A DNA stretch of 64,000 bases from the human T2T-CHM13v2.0 reference genome, Homo sapiens. The notes beneath the pieces were generated by a model. The model was not told the origin of the DNA. It made no database searches and was given only the letters and a program-made list of their open reading frames with translations. The stretch lies in NCBI RefSeq assembly GCF_009914755.1, contig NC_060935.1; one strand, written 5' to 3'. This document shows positions 49,086-64,000 of the stretch, piece after piece. The position numbers and the translations under genes were made by a program. Numbering within the stretch: the stretch's first letter is position 1; every line of letters begins with the position of its first letter.

Positions 49086-49501
49086 ATTTAAATTAATGGA
49101 AAGGCATTGCATGTTCATAAATTGGAAGTCCTAATGTTAAAATGGCAACATTCCTGAAATTGATTTACAGGTTCAGTGCAATCCTTATCAAAATCCCAGC
49201 TGGTATCTTGGCAGCAATTGACAAGCCTATCTTAAAATTTATACGAAAATGCAAAGGAACCAAAACAGCCCCCCCACCCCAAAAATACAGAAAAAATAAG
49301 AACAAAGTTGAAGAATTTACACTTCCTAATTTCAAAACTTACTACAAAGCTACAGAAATCAAAACAGTGGGATATTCATAAGGGTAGACATATAGGTCAA
49401 TGGAATAGAATTGAAAGTCTTGAAAACAACCCTCACATTTATGGCCAACTGACTATTTAAAAGGGCAGCAAGACAATACAATGTGGAAAGAATAGTCTTC
49501 A

Positions 49502-49814
<313 letters not shown>

Positions 49815-50161
49815 TCAACAAATGATACTAGAGCAACGGGATGTAGATAACTGGTAAAAAAAAAAAAAATGAAATTAGACTCCTTCCTTACACGATATAC
49901 AAAATGCAAGAACTGAAGCTATAAAACTCATAACTAAATCTTTGTGAACTTGGGTTAGGCAATGCCTTCTTAGCTGCAACGCCAAAGGCACATGTAGCAA
50001 AAGAAAGAAGTGGATAAACTAGGACTTCATAAAAATTAAAACTTTTTTGTACTTCAAAGGACACTCAATAAAGTGAAAAGACAAATCAAAGAATGGGAGA
50101 AAATATTTGCAAAACATGTATCTGATAAGAAACTTGTATCCAGAATATATATTTGAAACTC

Positions 50162-50509
<348 letters not shown>

Positions 50510-51416
50510 TTAAAATGAGCAAAGGATTTGAATAGACACATCTCCAAAGATATACAACTGGCCAATATGCATATGAGAAGATGCCCAACTTCATTAGTCA
50601 TCAGGGAAATACAAAGTGAAACCACAATGAGATACCACTTCATACTCACTAGGATGACTATCATAAAAAAAAAAAAAGACAGATAATAGCAAGTATTGGT
50701 AAGACAGTGGAAAAATTGGAACCCTCATATGTTGCTTATGGTATGTAAAATGGTGCAACTTCTCTGTAAAATAGTTTGGCAGATCATCAAAATGTTAAAC
50801 ATAGAGGTACCATATTACTCAGCACTCCTATATGCCCAAGAGAAATGAAAATATATGTCCACATATATTTGGTCGACACCAAAACTTGTATACTAATGCT
50901 CATAGAAGCATTATTAATAATTGCAAACAAGTGAAGAGAGCTTAATGTCCATCAAGTAATGAATGGATTAACAAAATGTGGTAGGTATATCCATAATGGA
51001 ATATTATTTGGCCATAAAAAAGGAATGAAGTGCTGATACATTCTATAACATGGATGAATCTAGAAAACATTATGCAAAGTAAAAGAAACCAGTCACAAAA
51101 GATCATACTGTGATCTTTTGAATCATATTATGAAATCTTATCAGGTGATTTCATTTACATGCAATGTCCAGAACAGGCAAATCTATAGAAACAGAAAGTA
51201 TATTAATGGTTGCCTCTGTCTGAGGTTAGTGGGAAACAGGGAGTGATTGCTAATGGCTATGGGTTTTTTAGGGGTTGGTTGCGGTGATGAGGAAAATGTT
51301 CTAAAATTCATTGGGATGATGGTTGCACAACTCTAATATGTTCAAAAACATTTAATTTACACTTTATTGGGTGCATTGTATGGTATGTGAACTATACCTC
51401 AATAAGGCTGTTAAAA

Positions 51417-52630
51417 AAGAAATACAATGGTGTGGGTTACTGCCATCCTTGAGAATCTCTTTAATGACCAGTTGTCCTCTGTAGACTGTAGATGATGTGG
51501 GGAGATGCTGCAATGTAATTAGATTTCTTGATCTCAGTGTGAACAATGAGGGTCTCAAAGTGGGAGAGGCCAGTGGAAATGCTTAAACATCAGACTACGT
51601 GGACAACTTTACCCCAAAAGCTACACAATCAGAATAGTAATCAGAGCATCTTGTCTCAAAAAGATGTATAGTGATAGCTAACTAATCATGAGACATGTAA
51701 AATGAAATAGATGGACAGCCCACTAAGGTACTGCAAGCATAAATGAAAAAACCCTGGGTCTGTTGGGCATAAATCTAACTTGAGTTGCTGTAGTGGGCAT
51801 TCATTGCTTCTTTCTTGGTTTCCAGGCCTAAACCACTTCCCAACCACCGGAACCCTTTGACTGGGAATTTGGCCAGGTATTTTTGAGAAAGCACTATGTA
51901 ACCTTCCACAGTTGTGTACTATGAATCTTAAGTGTTTTCCAGTAGGATCGTCAGCCATTTGCCAGGGCAACTGTGAATTAGGGGAAGGAAGATCCAGGGG
52001 CTGTTAGATATTGTCTCTGAACTGATGCTAATACTGAGATTTGAAATGCTGCTATGGTCCACTGGTCTGAAGGGGAACTTATTCCAGACAGATAAATGAT
52101 GGTGTCTTGCCCTAGTCTGTCTCACTGTGAGTCCATTGGGATTGCAGTCCCGTTCTGTGGTTATTTTCCCAGTCCAAGTGCAGTCATTTCTGCATAACGA
52201 TGCTGATCAACAGCAGACCATATATATGACTATAGTCCAATAAGATTATAGTGAAGCTGCCCTATACAGATGTACCATTAAAATATTTTATACCCTTTTT
52301 TTTAACCATACCTTTTCTATGTTTAGGTAAGTTTAGATATGCAAATACTTACCATTGTGTTACAATTTCTTACAGTGTTCAGTACAGTAACATGCAGTAT
52401 AGATTTGTATCCTGTATGGCTCTACCACATAGCACAGATGTGTAGTAGGCTACTTCATCCAGCTGGTGTAAGTACACACAATGATGATCCCACAACAGTG
52501 AAATTATGTGATGACACATTTCTCAGAACATGTCCCCATAGTTAAGCCATGCATGACTGTATGTATAGCATAGGGAGCAGACATACTTAGTAAGTGGCAG
52601 AGTCCTCACATGGGTTTCCTGACCCATAGA
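51417..52630 (+). mobile_element. ERV-L class gag-protease remnant
   Basis: ctgttagatattgtctctgaactgatgctaata (decayed LLDTGSELTLI); gcagacatacttagtaagtggcagagtcctcacatggg after the Tigger insert. Confidence 0.65.
52181..52559 (+). mobile_element. Tigger3-family DNA transposon derivative
   Basis: TIRs CAGTCAT...GCATGACTG and typical body. Confidence 0.82.
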
Positions 52631-52920
52631 TTCCTGTAGAGTTTCTCTCAATCTAGATTTTGTTGGCTGAATACTCAGGCACAGTTCAAAATATTCCTCT
52701 GTTTTCCTAAACATTTACAGCTGGATACAGAGCTTGATCTCCTTCAGGTTTGATCCCTTCAGCAAGGGTACAGGAAGTGTTGTGGTCTTCATGATGAAGA
52801 CCATAGGGTCTGGTAGTATCCCGTTTTATAATGTTAGCAGTTGTTGATGCTCAAAGATCAGATCTATTAATTCACTGGGTGTGGCTAAATGATGATATTC
52901 TTTTTTTAAGTTCTATCTTA

Positions 52921-53209
52921 TTTTTTGAGATGGGGTCTCGCTCTATTGCCCAGGCCAGAGTGAAGTGGTGGGATCTCGGCTCACTGCAGCTTCCAGCCTC
53001 GTGGGATCAAGCGCTCCTCCTGCCTTAGCCTCCCCAGTAGCTGGGACTACAGATGCACACCACCATGCCTGGCTAATTTTTGTATTTTTTGTAGAGATGG
53101 GGTTTCACCATGTTGCCCAGGCTGGTATTGAACGCCTGAGCTCAAGCAATCCTCCCACCTCGGCCTCCCAAAGTGCTGGGATTACAGGTGTGAGGCACTG
53201 TGCCCACCC
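52921..53209 (-). mobile_element. AluJ
   Basis: Antisense dimer with J diagnostics, within old L1M sequence. Confidence 0.92.
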
Positions 53210-53893
53210 AATGGTGATATTCTATCGTTTTTTTTTTTTTTTTTTTACTTATTAGACTCCTTTTATAAGGAGACAGTTCCCCTCGTCTACTATCTGTTAC
53301 CCAGTGACACAGTTGATATATGAAAGGCAGAGCAAATTTTTGATTCTTTTCTTTTATTTACCAGTTTTCAGTATAATGAATTTGTTCTTTGACATGCTTT
53401 AGTTTTCTAAAATATCACTTTGAACTTATAGGTTTGAACATAGTTGAGGAATTCCAGACACTTGCAATTATGTATTTTCCTTTTTGAAGCTCTGAATGTA
53501 CCTTCTTTTGCCGATAAAAGCTTCTTCAGTTTGATTCCTGATTCTTTCCTTGCAGGATCCTAGCAGTACTTGATAGCTTCCTTGCTATGTAGAAAGACAA
53601 GATGTTTTAGGCTCCTCTTGTACATTTCCTTCCCTAGATCTGAAATTCAGCGATTTCTCCAAGAAGCCCTAGTTTCTCTTAGTGGGACATGATGTTTTAA
53701 ATTGAAGTCTAATGCTCATTGCTACAGGTTAGGTGACTGTTTCTAGACTTCTCTAATAGGGCTAAGTAAGCTTTAGTCCACATTATATACTTTACAGTCA
53801 TGGAATAACAACACTAAAATGATCACCACATATTTAATTACTGAAAACGAGTTGAAAATGTCCTCATATAGCTGTACTATATTTTCACCCATA

Positions 53894-54448
53894 TGTGATG
53901 GTTAGTGTTAGGTGCCAACTTGACCAGATTATGGAATACCCAGATAGCTGGTAAAACACCATTTCTGGGTGTGTCTGTGAGGATGCTCTGGAAGAGATTC
54001 TCATTTGAATTAGCGCAGAGTGAGAAGCTCTGCCCTCAACAATGTGGGTGACCATCATCCAATCCGCTTGAGGTCTGGGATGGAACAAAAGGCAGAGGAA
54101 GGACACATTTGCTGTCTTTTCTGGAGCCGGGCCATTCACCATCTATCTTCCTCTGCCCTTGGACATTACAGCCCCAGATTCTCAGGCCTTTGGCCTCGGA
54201 CTGAGAGTCAGACCACTGGCTACTCTGGTTCTCCCATCTTCAAACTTAGTTTAAATTACACCACTGGCTTTCCTGGTTCTCTAGCTTGTGGAAAATATAT
54301 CATGGGAGTTTTCACCTTCCATAATCAAGTGGGTCAACTCTCACAATTAAAACCCCTCTTATCTAGATCTAGATGTAGATTTAGATCTATTTATCTCTCT
54401 GTATATATCTTACGGGTTCTGTTTCTCTGGAAAATTCTGACTAATATA
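53894..54448 (+). mobile_element. MLT2 (MLT2B-like) ERV-L solo LTR
   Basis: TGTGATGGTTAGTG...CTGACTAATATA; internal (TCTAGA)-like simple repeat. Confidence 0.85.
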
Positions 54449-56538
54449 GCACATAACCATTACATACTATCCTCTTCCATTCAATCTTCATTTAGCCTTC
54501 ACTCTGCAAGTAAGCATATGTTTAATGTCGACCACCAGTGCTTCTATCAATGTCTCTAGTCATCACCGTTGCCTGAAATTGGTTTTCTTGCAGGGTCTTC
54601 AAGCAGGGCTCATGAGAGTGATCCTCCGTGTGTTCTTGGAAGTGTTAGGAACATCACAATAGTGATGCTGCACTCTTCTCTCTGCATTCCATCAGGTAGC
54701 ACTTGGTATTGACTTGCTGCACCTCTGGTGGTGTTACTTTGACCCCTTGATTGAAGTGATATCTACCAAGTTTCTCCACTGCAAAGTTATACTTTTCCCC
54801 TCTGTACTTAATAATTATTTTGTGATGAGATATTTTGAACCTATGTAAATGTCCCTTTCCTCGTTCAATGTTAATCCATCAGTTTAGGATGTATTGGTGC
54901 TTCTTATCTGAATTAATTATTACCATGATGATTCCCAAATAGTGATTTTCTTATTCCGTCATTCCTTCTACATTTACTACTTAGCATTTACCACAAGAAG
55001 GGCTTTCTCTTCTCCTTATTTATTTATTAATGTGTATATTTATATACATTATAATGTATTGTGTTGGCTCAGTTATTTCTGTATTATGCAATGGGATGTA
55101 TTATTTGTTACTATCGTTATTTATTTTGATTCTCAATTTGCCTCAAATTTGTCCAGTGGAAGCCCCTTTGTGCTGGTTTCTGTGCCCTTTTGATGTGTCC
55201 CATTATTCTTTTAATTCTGTTACTTTTGATCACAATAGGATGTTCCAGGCTCATCCTGTACTTTTTCTGCCACCGTCCTAGACTTAGCCCCTTCTCCTTT
55301 TAGTGGAGAATGGCATTTGGAACCCAATGTCTGGGTGTGCTATGTGCGCTCATTGCAAATTTGGGTGTTGCTGCTCTCACGCAGTCCTAGTGGACAGAGA
55401 TAGGAATTATATCGATACACACACACACACACACCTGTGTTTGCCTATTCTCTATATATGGAAAACCAGAAGTTCACACCAATACCTCCAATTCCAGTTC
55501 AACAACAGAGTATTCCTTCTAGCTTTCCCTCATTACACGTTTATAACTTCTTTCTCTGATAATCAGAAGCCTGGTTCTCACTGAGGTTATTTGCTCAATT
55601 GCCCTCTGTTACCAATCTTTGGACCTCACTGGTGTGACTTGACCACCTTCCTCACTCTGTTCCCAGTTCCTGCCAAATAACCTCTCTGCTCAATCTCCTT
55701 TGCTTGGGCCTGATGAATGGTTCTCAGACTCAATTATTTAAGAAGGAGGGAAGTTTGTATTGTCTTAAAAATGTCTTTTAACGTCTTCTGAAATAGAAGT
55801 TTGCAAGTTTTGACCTCTTTTGTGGATAAGATGTAGCATGTTTTATTGTCTGTGGGAGGTTTTCTTCTGCTCCTTATTCTTTTTTTCTTCGTCAGAATTT
55901 CCAAGGATTTGAACTTGATACTTTCTCTGTTGCTAATTTTTATGTGAAATTAGTTTTCCTGAAATTTTGGAAGGAGGCATAGTTCAGAGTGCCTGTTCTA
56001 ACTTCACAGTAGTGTTCAAATATATGGTGGCTTGCTTTTGAAAATTTTCTTTCTCTCTTTCTTTCCCTCCACTTTATCTGGGACTTTTCTCCCTTTGTCT
56101 GTATTATCCCTGTCCTGTGGAATGTGGATTTTACTCTTAGGACTTTCTCCTCAGTGTGGGCCCAGTTCTGGGAGGGGGTCTTGGAGAGCCAGTTTTGAGA
56201 GTGACAGATGCTAGGTTGCTGCAGACCTTTTGGCTTTTACCTTGGGCTTCTTGCTCACCTACCACTGGGTTAGGAAGAACTGCTCAGTTTCAGCTGCTGT
56301 GCTCAAGTTAGCTCACCACGCTTTCTGGGGAATACCAGTTGCTATTTTGGAGTTCACCTGTTCTCGACTTGTCAAATACCATATTGCTTCCATCTGCATT
56401 CTGTCACACATGTGCCCATACCATGCACCCTTGTGCTGTTGGGTTGCCCTCGTCAATTGCATTTTGTAGTTCATGGGGATACCTTGTCACTTAGTTTCCC
56501 TGCATATGCTGCCTATGGGTTTTTGGCTTTTCTATTAG

Positions 56539-56865
<327 letters not shown>

Positions 56866-56959
56866 TCTTTCTGTTTTTATGTAGAGACTTAGAAAGAATA
56901 AAAAACAATGCTGTCACTACATGTAATATTTTCCAGATTTCCATATCCATTTCAAGCTT

Positions 56960-58020
56960 TCCTGTTTAGTTCATGCAAGAGTCAGAGGAGTAGTTGAGAA
57001 TGATTACAGGTTAGGGCAAACTTAATCAGGTAGTGATGTCAATCACGGCTGTGTTTCTGGATCTGGCATCTTTGCCGGAGCAAATCAACATAATCTTTGG
57101 CTCCTGGCAGGCAACTACTGACTGTACACATTTCCCCTTTCCTCTCTTTCCAAAAAAGATAATTAGAAGCAATTTGCCTTCTCATTGTGGGAATAACAGC
57201 ATTACTTTGACCGTCTTAGAGCCATGTCAAGTCTTCTGCTCTGTGGCATAAAATAATCTGGAAAAACTTGATCATCTTATTCTCCCACAGAACATCATGC
57301 TGGCCCTTGACATTGATGACATTTTTAAAGTTGCATCTGGAAAAAGGAATTAGCCAGCATGCTGAGTGCCTTAGTAAGACACATGCATGTCAGAGAGTGA
57401 GAGCTCAAAAGTCCTCACTGCCTCAGTGAAAGTACTAGGAGTCTAATGGTCTGGGGCTTTTTGGGATATCTTTTTAGGTGAGACATAAGTTGCTGCACCT
57501 TGCACTACTCACCACAAGAAAAAGGCACACAGTCTGTGGGCCTCTTTGGATTCTGGAGTGTCGCATATGACACTGGGCTATGCTGCTCTGACCGGAGCCC
57601 TGGGTTATCCATACAGTTGCCAATCTTGAATGGGACCCAGCACAAGAAATGTCTTGGTGGAGGTCCAGGCACTGTTTCAAACTGCCCCACCAATTTCATT
57701 GTAAAATCCAGCAGACCTAAAATTATGTTAAGCATCATCCAGTGAGTTCTAATAGGAGTCCACAGGAAAAGACCATGCCCTCTCCTTTGGGCAATATTTC
57801 CTCCATTTGAAACCAGCACTTGACTTGCTACTGGGCCCTGGCAGAGACTGAATGTCTGACTATGAGACATGAAGTGATTATACAACCTGAACGACCCACC
57901 TTGAACTAATTCTTAACTGCTTGACTAAGTTATAACACTGGACCTGCAGAATAGCATGCCACTGTAGGAGGGAAATAGTATCATATGAGGCCAAACCTGA
58001 ACAGGTCCAGAAGGCACAAG
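56960..58020 (+). mobile_element. ERV-L class pol (reverse transcriptase) remnant
   Basis: ggagcaaatcaaca (EQIN), gacattgatgacatt (decayed YIDDI, 57309), ggcctctttggattctgga (GLFGFW); many stops and frameshifts. Confidence 0.7.
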
Positions 58021-60275
58021 TGTTTTCATTTTCTATTGCTGTGTGACAAACTGTCCCAGAAATTAGTAGTTTAAAATAGTAATGACTTCTTTTTCCTCAA
58101 GATTCTGTGGGTCTGGAATTCAGGCAGGCTCGGCCGGGAGGTTCATCTGCTCCTTGTTGTGCCTCTATGTCGCGAGGTTACTACCTTGGTTAGGCTGGGT
58201 AGTCCAGAAGGGTTCCATTCACATGCCTGGTGCTCTACCACATGGCCCCTCTCTCGCCACATCGCTGGTCTGGGTCTCCTCCCAACATAGTGGTCTCTGA
58301 AGGCAGCTGGACTTCTACATGGTGGCTGGCTTCCAAGAGAGAAAAAGTGGACCTGCCAGTTATCTTAAGTGCTTGGCCTAGAGCTGTGACAGCGTCATTT
58401 CTGCAGCATTCTACTGGTCAAAGTGAGTTAAGAGGCCAACACAGACTCGTGGGAAAAAGGAAATAAATTCCACTTCTTGATAGGAGAAACAGCAAAGAAT
58501 TTGTGGCCACCACAAATAAATTATATGAGCAGGTGGCTTGGATTTCCACAATTCTTTTAGCATCAGCTATTTCCACACTTAGCTTCTCAAAACTTAGTAG
58601 CTTAAAACAAGAATCATTTATGCATAGAGGCTGGCTGGTTGGCTGAGGGTTGACCAATTTTGGCTGAACTTGGTGGAGTGACTTGGTTCTTCTCTGCGTG
58701 CCCCTTCTTCTCCTTCTGGGAACAGTGGCTTAGCCATATTTTTCTCACGGCGATATCAGAGGTGAAAGGCACAAGTAGAAATGGGACAGGTCTCTTGAGT
58801 CCAGACAGACATAGAATAGTCACGGCATGACTTCTGCTTCATTTTATTGGCCAAATTACATTGCTGAGTGGAACAGTACTGAAAAATTACATGACAAATG
58901 TGGCATGAATACGAGGAGTGGTGAATAACGGCAGCTAATAATGCAACCTACAATAGTACCTGAAAAATACAGTGGAAGAATGTGAGGTGGGAGATGAAAG
59001 CACAAACCACATCATGTAGTGCCTAAGGAGTCTTGATATTATTCTACAGGAAGGATTGAAGCAGGGACTATCTGGACCCTGAAAACCTGACTATATTTAT
59101 CTCCTACTTTCTGTTCCTTAGCAACACTTTTCATTCGATGCTCTATGCATATGGAACTTCTCCTTCTCTGAGCCTTAGTGCCAAAGCAGGCTGAGGTAAC
59201 TGACAAACCTTCACTTGTTCATCCATCTCAACACCAACTCTACTTTCTCAGGGGAACTTTTCATGAATTCCCCAGAAGGACATAGGATTCCCTTCACTTA
59301 ATGCATTTTGTAGAAATGTTGTTATCTCATTGTCTTGTAACTGTCAGTTTACGTGGTGGGAATAGCTACCACTCTTTGAGCACCTTGATTGTACTTGGTG
59401 TTTTACCTATATAATCTCCAAACCTATGACCATCTTGCCGTATTCATTTTGTTTTGATGTGTAGCAAATTGCCACAAACTAAACTGCCCCAAAAAGCATC
59501 CGTGTATTAGTTTACAGTTCTGTAGGTCAGAAGTCGGTACTCCTATGGAACTATAAGCTAATATGTGGATGCTGTTTTAGGCAGTTAAGTTTGTATCAAT
59601 TTTCTACACATCAAAAGAAAGCTAAAGCGGCAAGATGGTCATAGGTTTAAAGATTATATACGTAAAACACCAAGTACAATAAAGGTGCTCAACAGGTGGT
59701 AGCTATTACCCCCCTCCCCCCAAGTAAATGGGCAGATACTAGACAACAATGTAACAATGTTTCTACAAAATGCATTTTGTAGGTATCACAGAGCTGCAGT
59801 CAAGGTGGCAACTAAGTTATTGTCTGGAGGCTCTAGTGAAGAATTTGCTTGCAAGCTCAATTCTTGTTGCCAGAACTCAGTTCCTTGCAGTTGTAGGACT
59901 GAGGTCTCAGTTTGCTTGCTGATTGTCAGACAGGGACTTCTCTCAGCCTATAGAGGCTGCCTGCATTTCTTGCCACATGGCCCTCTCTATCTTGAAGCCA
60001 GCAAAATGCATTAAATTTTTCTCATGTTTCAAATCTCTGTCTCTGACCCCAGGCCCCAATTTAAAGTCTCATGTGATTTGGCCAGGACTACCCAGGTTAT
60101 CTCCTTATTTTAAGGTCATCTGATTGGGAATTTAATTATACCTGCAAAATCATATTTGCCATATAATCACAGGAGTAATAGCCCATCATAAGTGCAGTGC
60201 CAGGTATACTACAGAGTGTGTATACCAGGGTGCAGGAACCTTGGGGACATCTGAGAAGTCTGTCTACCACACCTG
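58020..60275 (-). mobile_element. Cluster of MLT1 MaLR LTR fragments
   Basis: Repeated MLT1 antisense starts (ctattgctgtgtgacaaac...; cttagtagcttaaaacaa...; ttacagttctgtaggtcagaagtc) separated by other sequence. Confidence 0.55.
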
Positions 60276-60644
60276 CCAAGGAATATTTTACTTTTTTGTG
60301 TCATCTAGTAAGTATTCTTGAATTTATATAATATGAGTCATTTGGTTCTTTTATTTTTCCCCATGCTGTTTTTAGACTTCTCTAAATTGAGAACCTAACA
60401 CAGAGATCATCAGCAAAGTCAGAAGCAGACAAAATTGAAGTTGGCTCTCCTTTTTAGGATATTTTGCTCATTCTGTAATTTGTTTTAAAAAGCCAATCAT
60501 TAACTTGTAAGGACATTTAAAAACTTTTTTTTTAGAAAAACTAAATTATAAGACACACAAAGTGCACAAATCTCAGGCATATAGCTCCTTGAATTTTTAT
60601 AAAAGTATAAATTCATTTAATTTCCATCCAAGTTAGGGTATTAA

Positions 60645-61080
<436 letters not shown>

Positions 61081-61317
61081 ACCTCTTCTTAAAAATAATA
61101 GAAATGGAATTATACTTTGTCAATCAATTGTGTTCAGCTTCTATCACTCAGAACTTTATCTGTGGAATTCATACATGTTGTTTTACCCAACCGTTGTTAA
61201 TTATTTATCCTTGTTGTGTAGTGCTCCATTGTATGAACGTAATGCCGTTTACATATCCATTCTTTGGTTGTCAAACATTTGGGGTATTTCAAATTTTTTC
61301 CTATTAAGAATGATGCT

Positions 61318-61603
61318 GGCCAGGCCCGGTGGCTCATGCCTGTAATCTCAGCACTTTGGGAGGCCAAGGCAGGAGGATCACGAGGTCAAGAGATTGAGAC
61401 CATCCTGACCAACATGGTGAAACCCTGTCTCTACTAAAAATACAAAAATTAGCTGGATGCGGTGGCGCGTGCCTAGCTACTCGGGAGGCTGAGGCAGGAG
61501 AATGGCGTGAACCCGGGAGGTGGAGGTTGTAGTGAGCTGAGATCGTGCCACTGCACTCCAGCATGGGCAACAGAGTGAGACTCCATCTCAAAAAAAAAAA
61601 AAA
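61318..61603 (+). mobile_element. AluSc-like
   Basis: Dimer with small deletion; TSD AGAATGATGCT. Confidence 0.94.
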
Positions 61604-62296
61604 TAGAATGATGCTGCTATAAATAAGACTTGTATCCCCATGGATTTTTAATTTTGGGGGGCGGGTATATACATAACAGTGGAATTTCTGGATCATATGG
61701 TAACTCTGGTAACTCTTAGGTTTAACTTTTTGAGGAATTACTAGGCTGTTCTCCACAGTGGCTATGCCATGTTACATTCCCAGTAGCAATGTATGGAGTT
61801 CCAATTTCTTCACATCCTCTCTGACACTTGCTATTTTCTGTGCTTTTTTTTCTTTTAATATTATAGCCATGATAGTGGGTATGAAGTGGTAACCTCATTG
61901 CTGTTTCAGCTTACATTTCCTTAATGACTAACAATGTTGAACGTGTTTCTATGTGATTATTAGCCATTTGCATATTCTCTTGGAAAAAAGTTTTACTCAA
62001 ATCTGTCCATTTAGAAAGTAGGGTTATTCATCTTTCTATTGTTGAGTTTTACAATTAGATTGAAATATTTTGATTGACTTCTCTTAGTGGCAGAATAAGA
62101 AGACAGAAAAAGTGGTAATGATATAGAAGATTTGAAAAACACAACTAAAATCTAAGTATCTTGACCAAATTTATTATACAGAATAGGGATTGACTACATT
62201 TTTCTCTAAAAGACCACAGAGTAATTATTTTGTGCTTGACAGGGCACAGATAGTTTCTGTCACATATTTTTCCCAATCAATACTAGAATCTTATGA

Positions 62297-62652
<356 letters not shown>

Positions 62653-62669
62653 CAAAATTAATTTTTAAG

Positions 62670-63500
62670 TTTTTATTTATTTTTAATTGACAATAATAAT
62701 TGTGTGTATTTATGGGGGTAAAATGTGACATTTTGATGTATGTGTACATTATGGAATGACTAAACCAACTAATTCACATATCCACCACCTCACATATTTT
62801 TTGTGTGTGGCACAAACTTTCAAGATCTACTCTCTTAGCAATTTAAAAGTATACGTTACATTATTATAGTCACCATGGTGTGCAATAGGTCTAAAAAATT
62901 TATTCCTCCTGTCTAATGAAAATTTTTACCCTTTAACCAACATCTCTACCACCCACTCCCCACCACCCCCCCAACTCCAGGTAACCATCATTCTACTTTC
63001 TACTTTTACGAGTTCAACTTTTTTTCAATTCCACATGTAAGTGAGATGATTTGTCTTTCTGTGCCTGGCTTATTTCTCTTAGCATAATGTCCTCCAGGGT
63101 CATCCATATTGCTGGAAATGGCCCAAAGCAGATACTGAAAAGTCTCAAGAATATTTTTGTAGGCTAGATCTTAGGTTGATATTTATCTTCTCCCAGCATT
63201 TTAAAGTTGTCATTCCATTGTCTTTTGCCTTTCATGGTTTCTATTGAAAAGTTAGGCTTGTCTCTTATTATTTGCAAGTTTTAGCCTTCTCTTTTATAAT
63301 GGTTCCTTTGAAAGTAATGTGTCTTTTTTTATTTGACTGTTTTTAAACATTTCTCTTTATCTTTAGTATTTAGGATGTTACAACGACATGCTTAGTTGTG
63401 GTTCTTTGTATTTATCTTCCTTTGAGTTCACTGAACTTCTCGAATCTGTGGTGTCATGTCTTTCATCCATTCTTGGTCAGCATTTCTTCATGTCATATGT
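62670..63500 (-). mobile_element. L1MA-like 3' end followed by older L1M fragments
   Basis: ttgacaataataattgtgtgtatttatgggg...cctggcttatttctcttagcataatgtcctcc. Confidence 0.75.
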
Positions 63501-64000
63501 CTCCTGATTTGAGTATTTGGTTGTAAGACCTTATTTCTAACTTTAAAATACTTTACTCTCTGTTCTAGGAGTTTCAAGCATCAAGGAGCAGAAAAGGAAA
63601 AGATTTTTAGATTAAAGGACATTTTTTTCTTCTTTTTCTTTACATTGCAACCAGTAGTGACATGCCTGCTTTTTTCTCCCACTGATTCTCAGTCTGTCTC
63701 TCTCTGAATAAGCAAACTGATTAGGTTTGTTTGGTACACATTGCAAAGTTTTTCTGAAGGTTTATAATCCAAGCTTTCTAATTTGAAACAACTTGGACTT
63801 TAGGTATGAGGACAAAAAGAGGTAAGAAAGATTTTTCTTCTTATTTAAGCCTTTTCTGCAGTTAGTTTTCTTTCATTAAATATAAAGGAAATTATTATTT
63901 ACAGTGGTAAAAGATATGGAAAAAATGCCCCTTTTCCCCACAACGTGTTTTTTTCTTTAAATTGCTTTGCTTCCTATATTACCCCTCAGACTTCTTTGTG

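Noticed and set aside
51415-51427. Third copy of AAAAGAAATACAA, identical to the AluJ TSD
   Set aside because: Better explained as the L1MB A tail plus its own degenerate TSD; A-rich coincidence is likely.

Overview
Primate, most likely human, genomic DNA that is repeat-dense and either intergenic or intronic. I recognise no exon of a host protein-coding gene, RNA gene or processed pseudogene. Almost every ORF in the track is a chance, Alu-derived or GTG/TTG-started frame. The only real coding sequence is a full-length but inactivated LINE-1 (L1PA2/3-like, minus strand, 42377-48435) plus heavily decayed ERV-L gag/pro/pol remnants. The best-supported unusual structure is a five-layer nested insertion (ERV-L > L1MB > AluJ > MER61-like LTR > L1PA), with target-site duplications (TSDs) readable at each inserted layer. 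Also present: an LTR12 solo LTR inside an Alu, an Alu trimer, and an arm-to-arm Alu monomer. The 15-36 kb interval has relatively repeat-poor blocks with candidate cis-regulatory elements. The strongest is an AP-1/NKX/SRF(CArG)/GATA/MEF2 cluster at 16.2-17.0 kb, and candidate convergent CTCF motifs bracket the interval. I found no evidence of a new biological system. Repeat subfamily names come from recalled consensus sequences and need RepeatMasker/Dfam confirmation. The genomic locus could not be identified.
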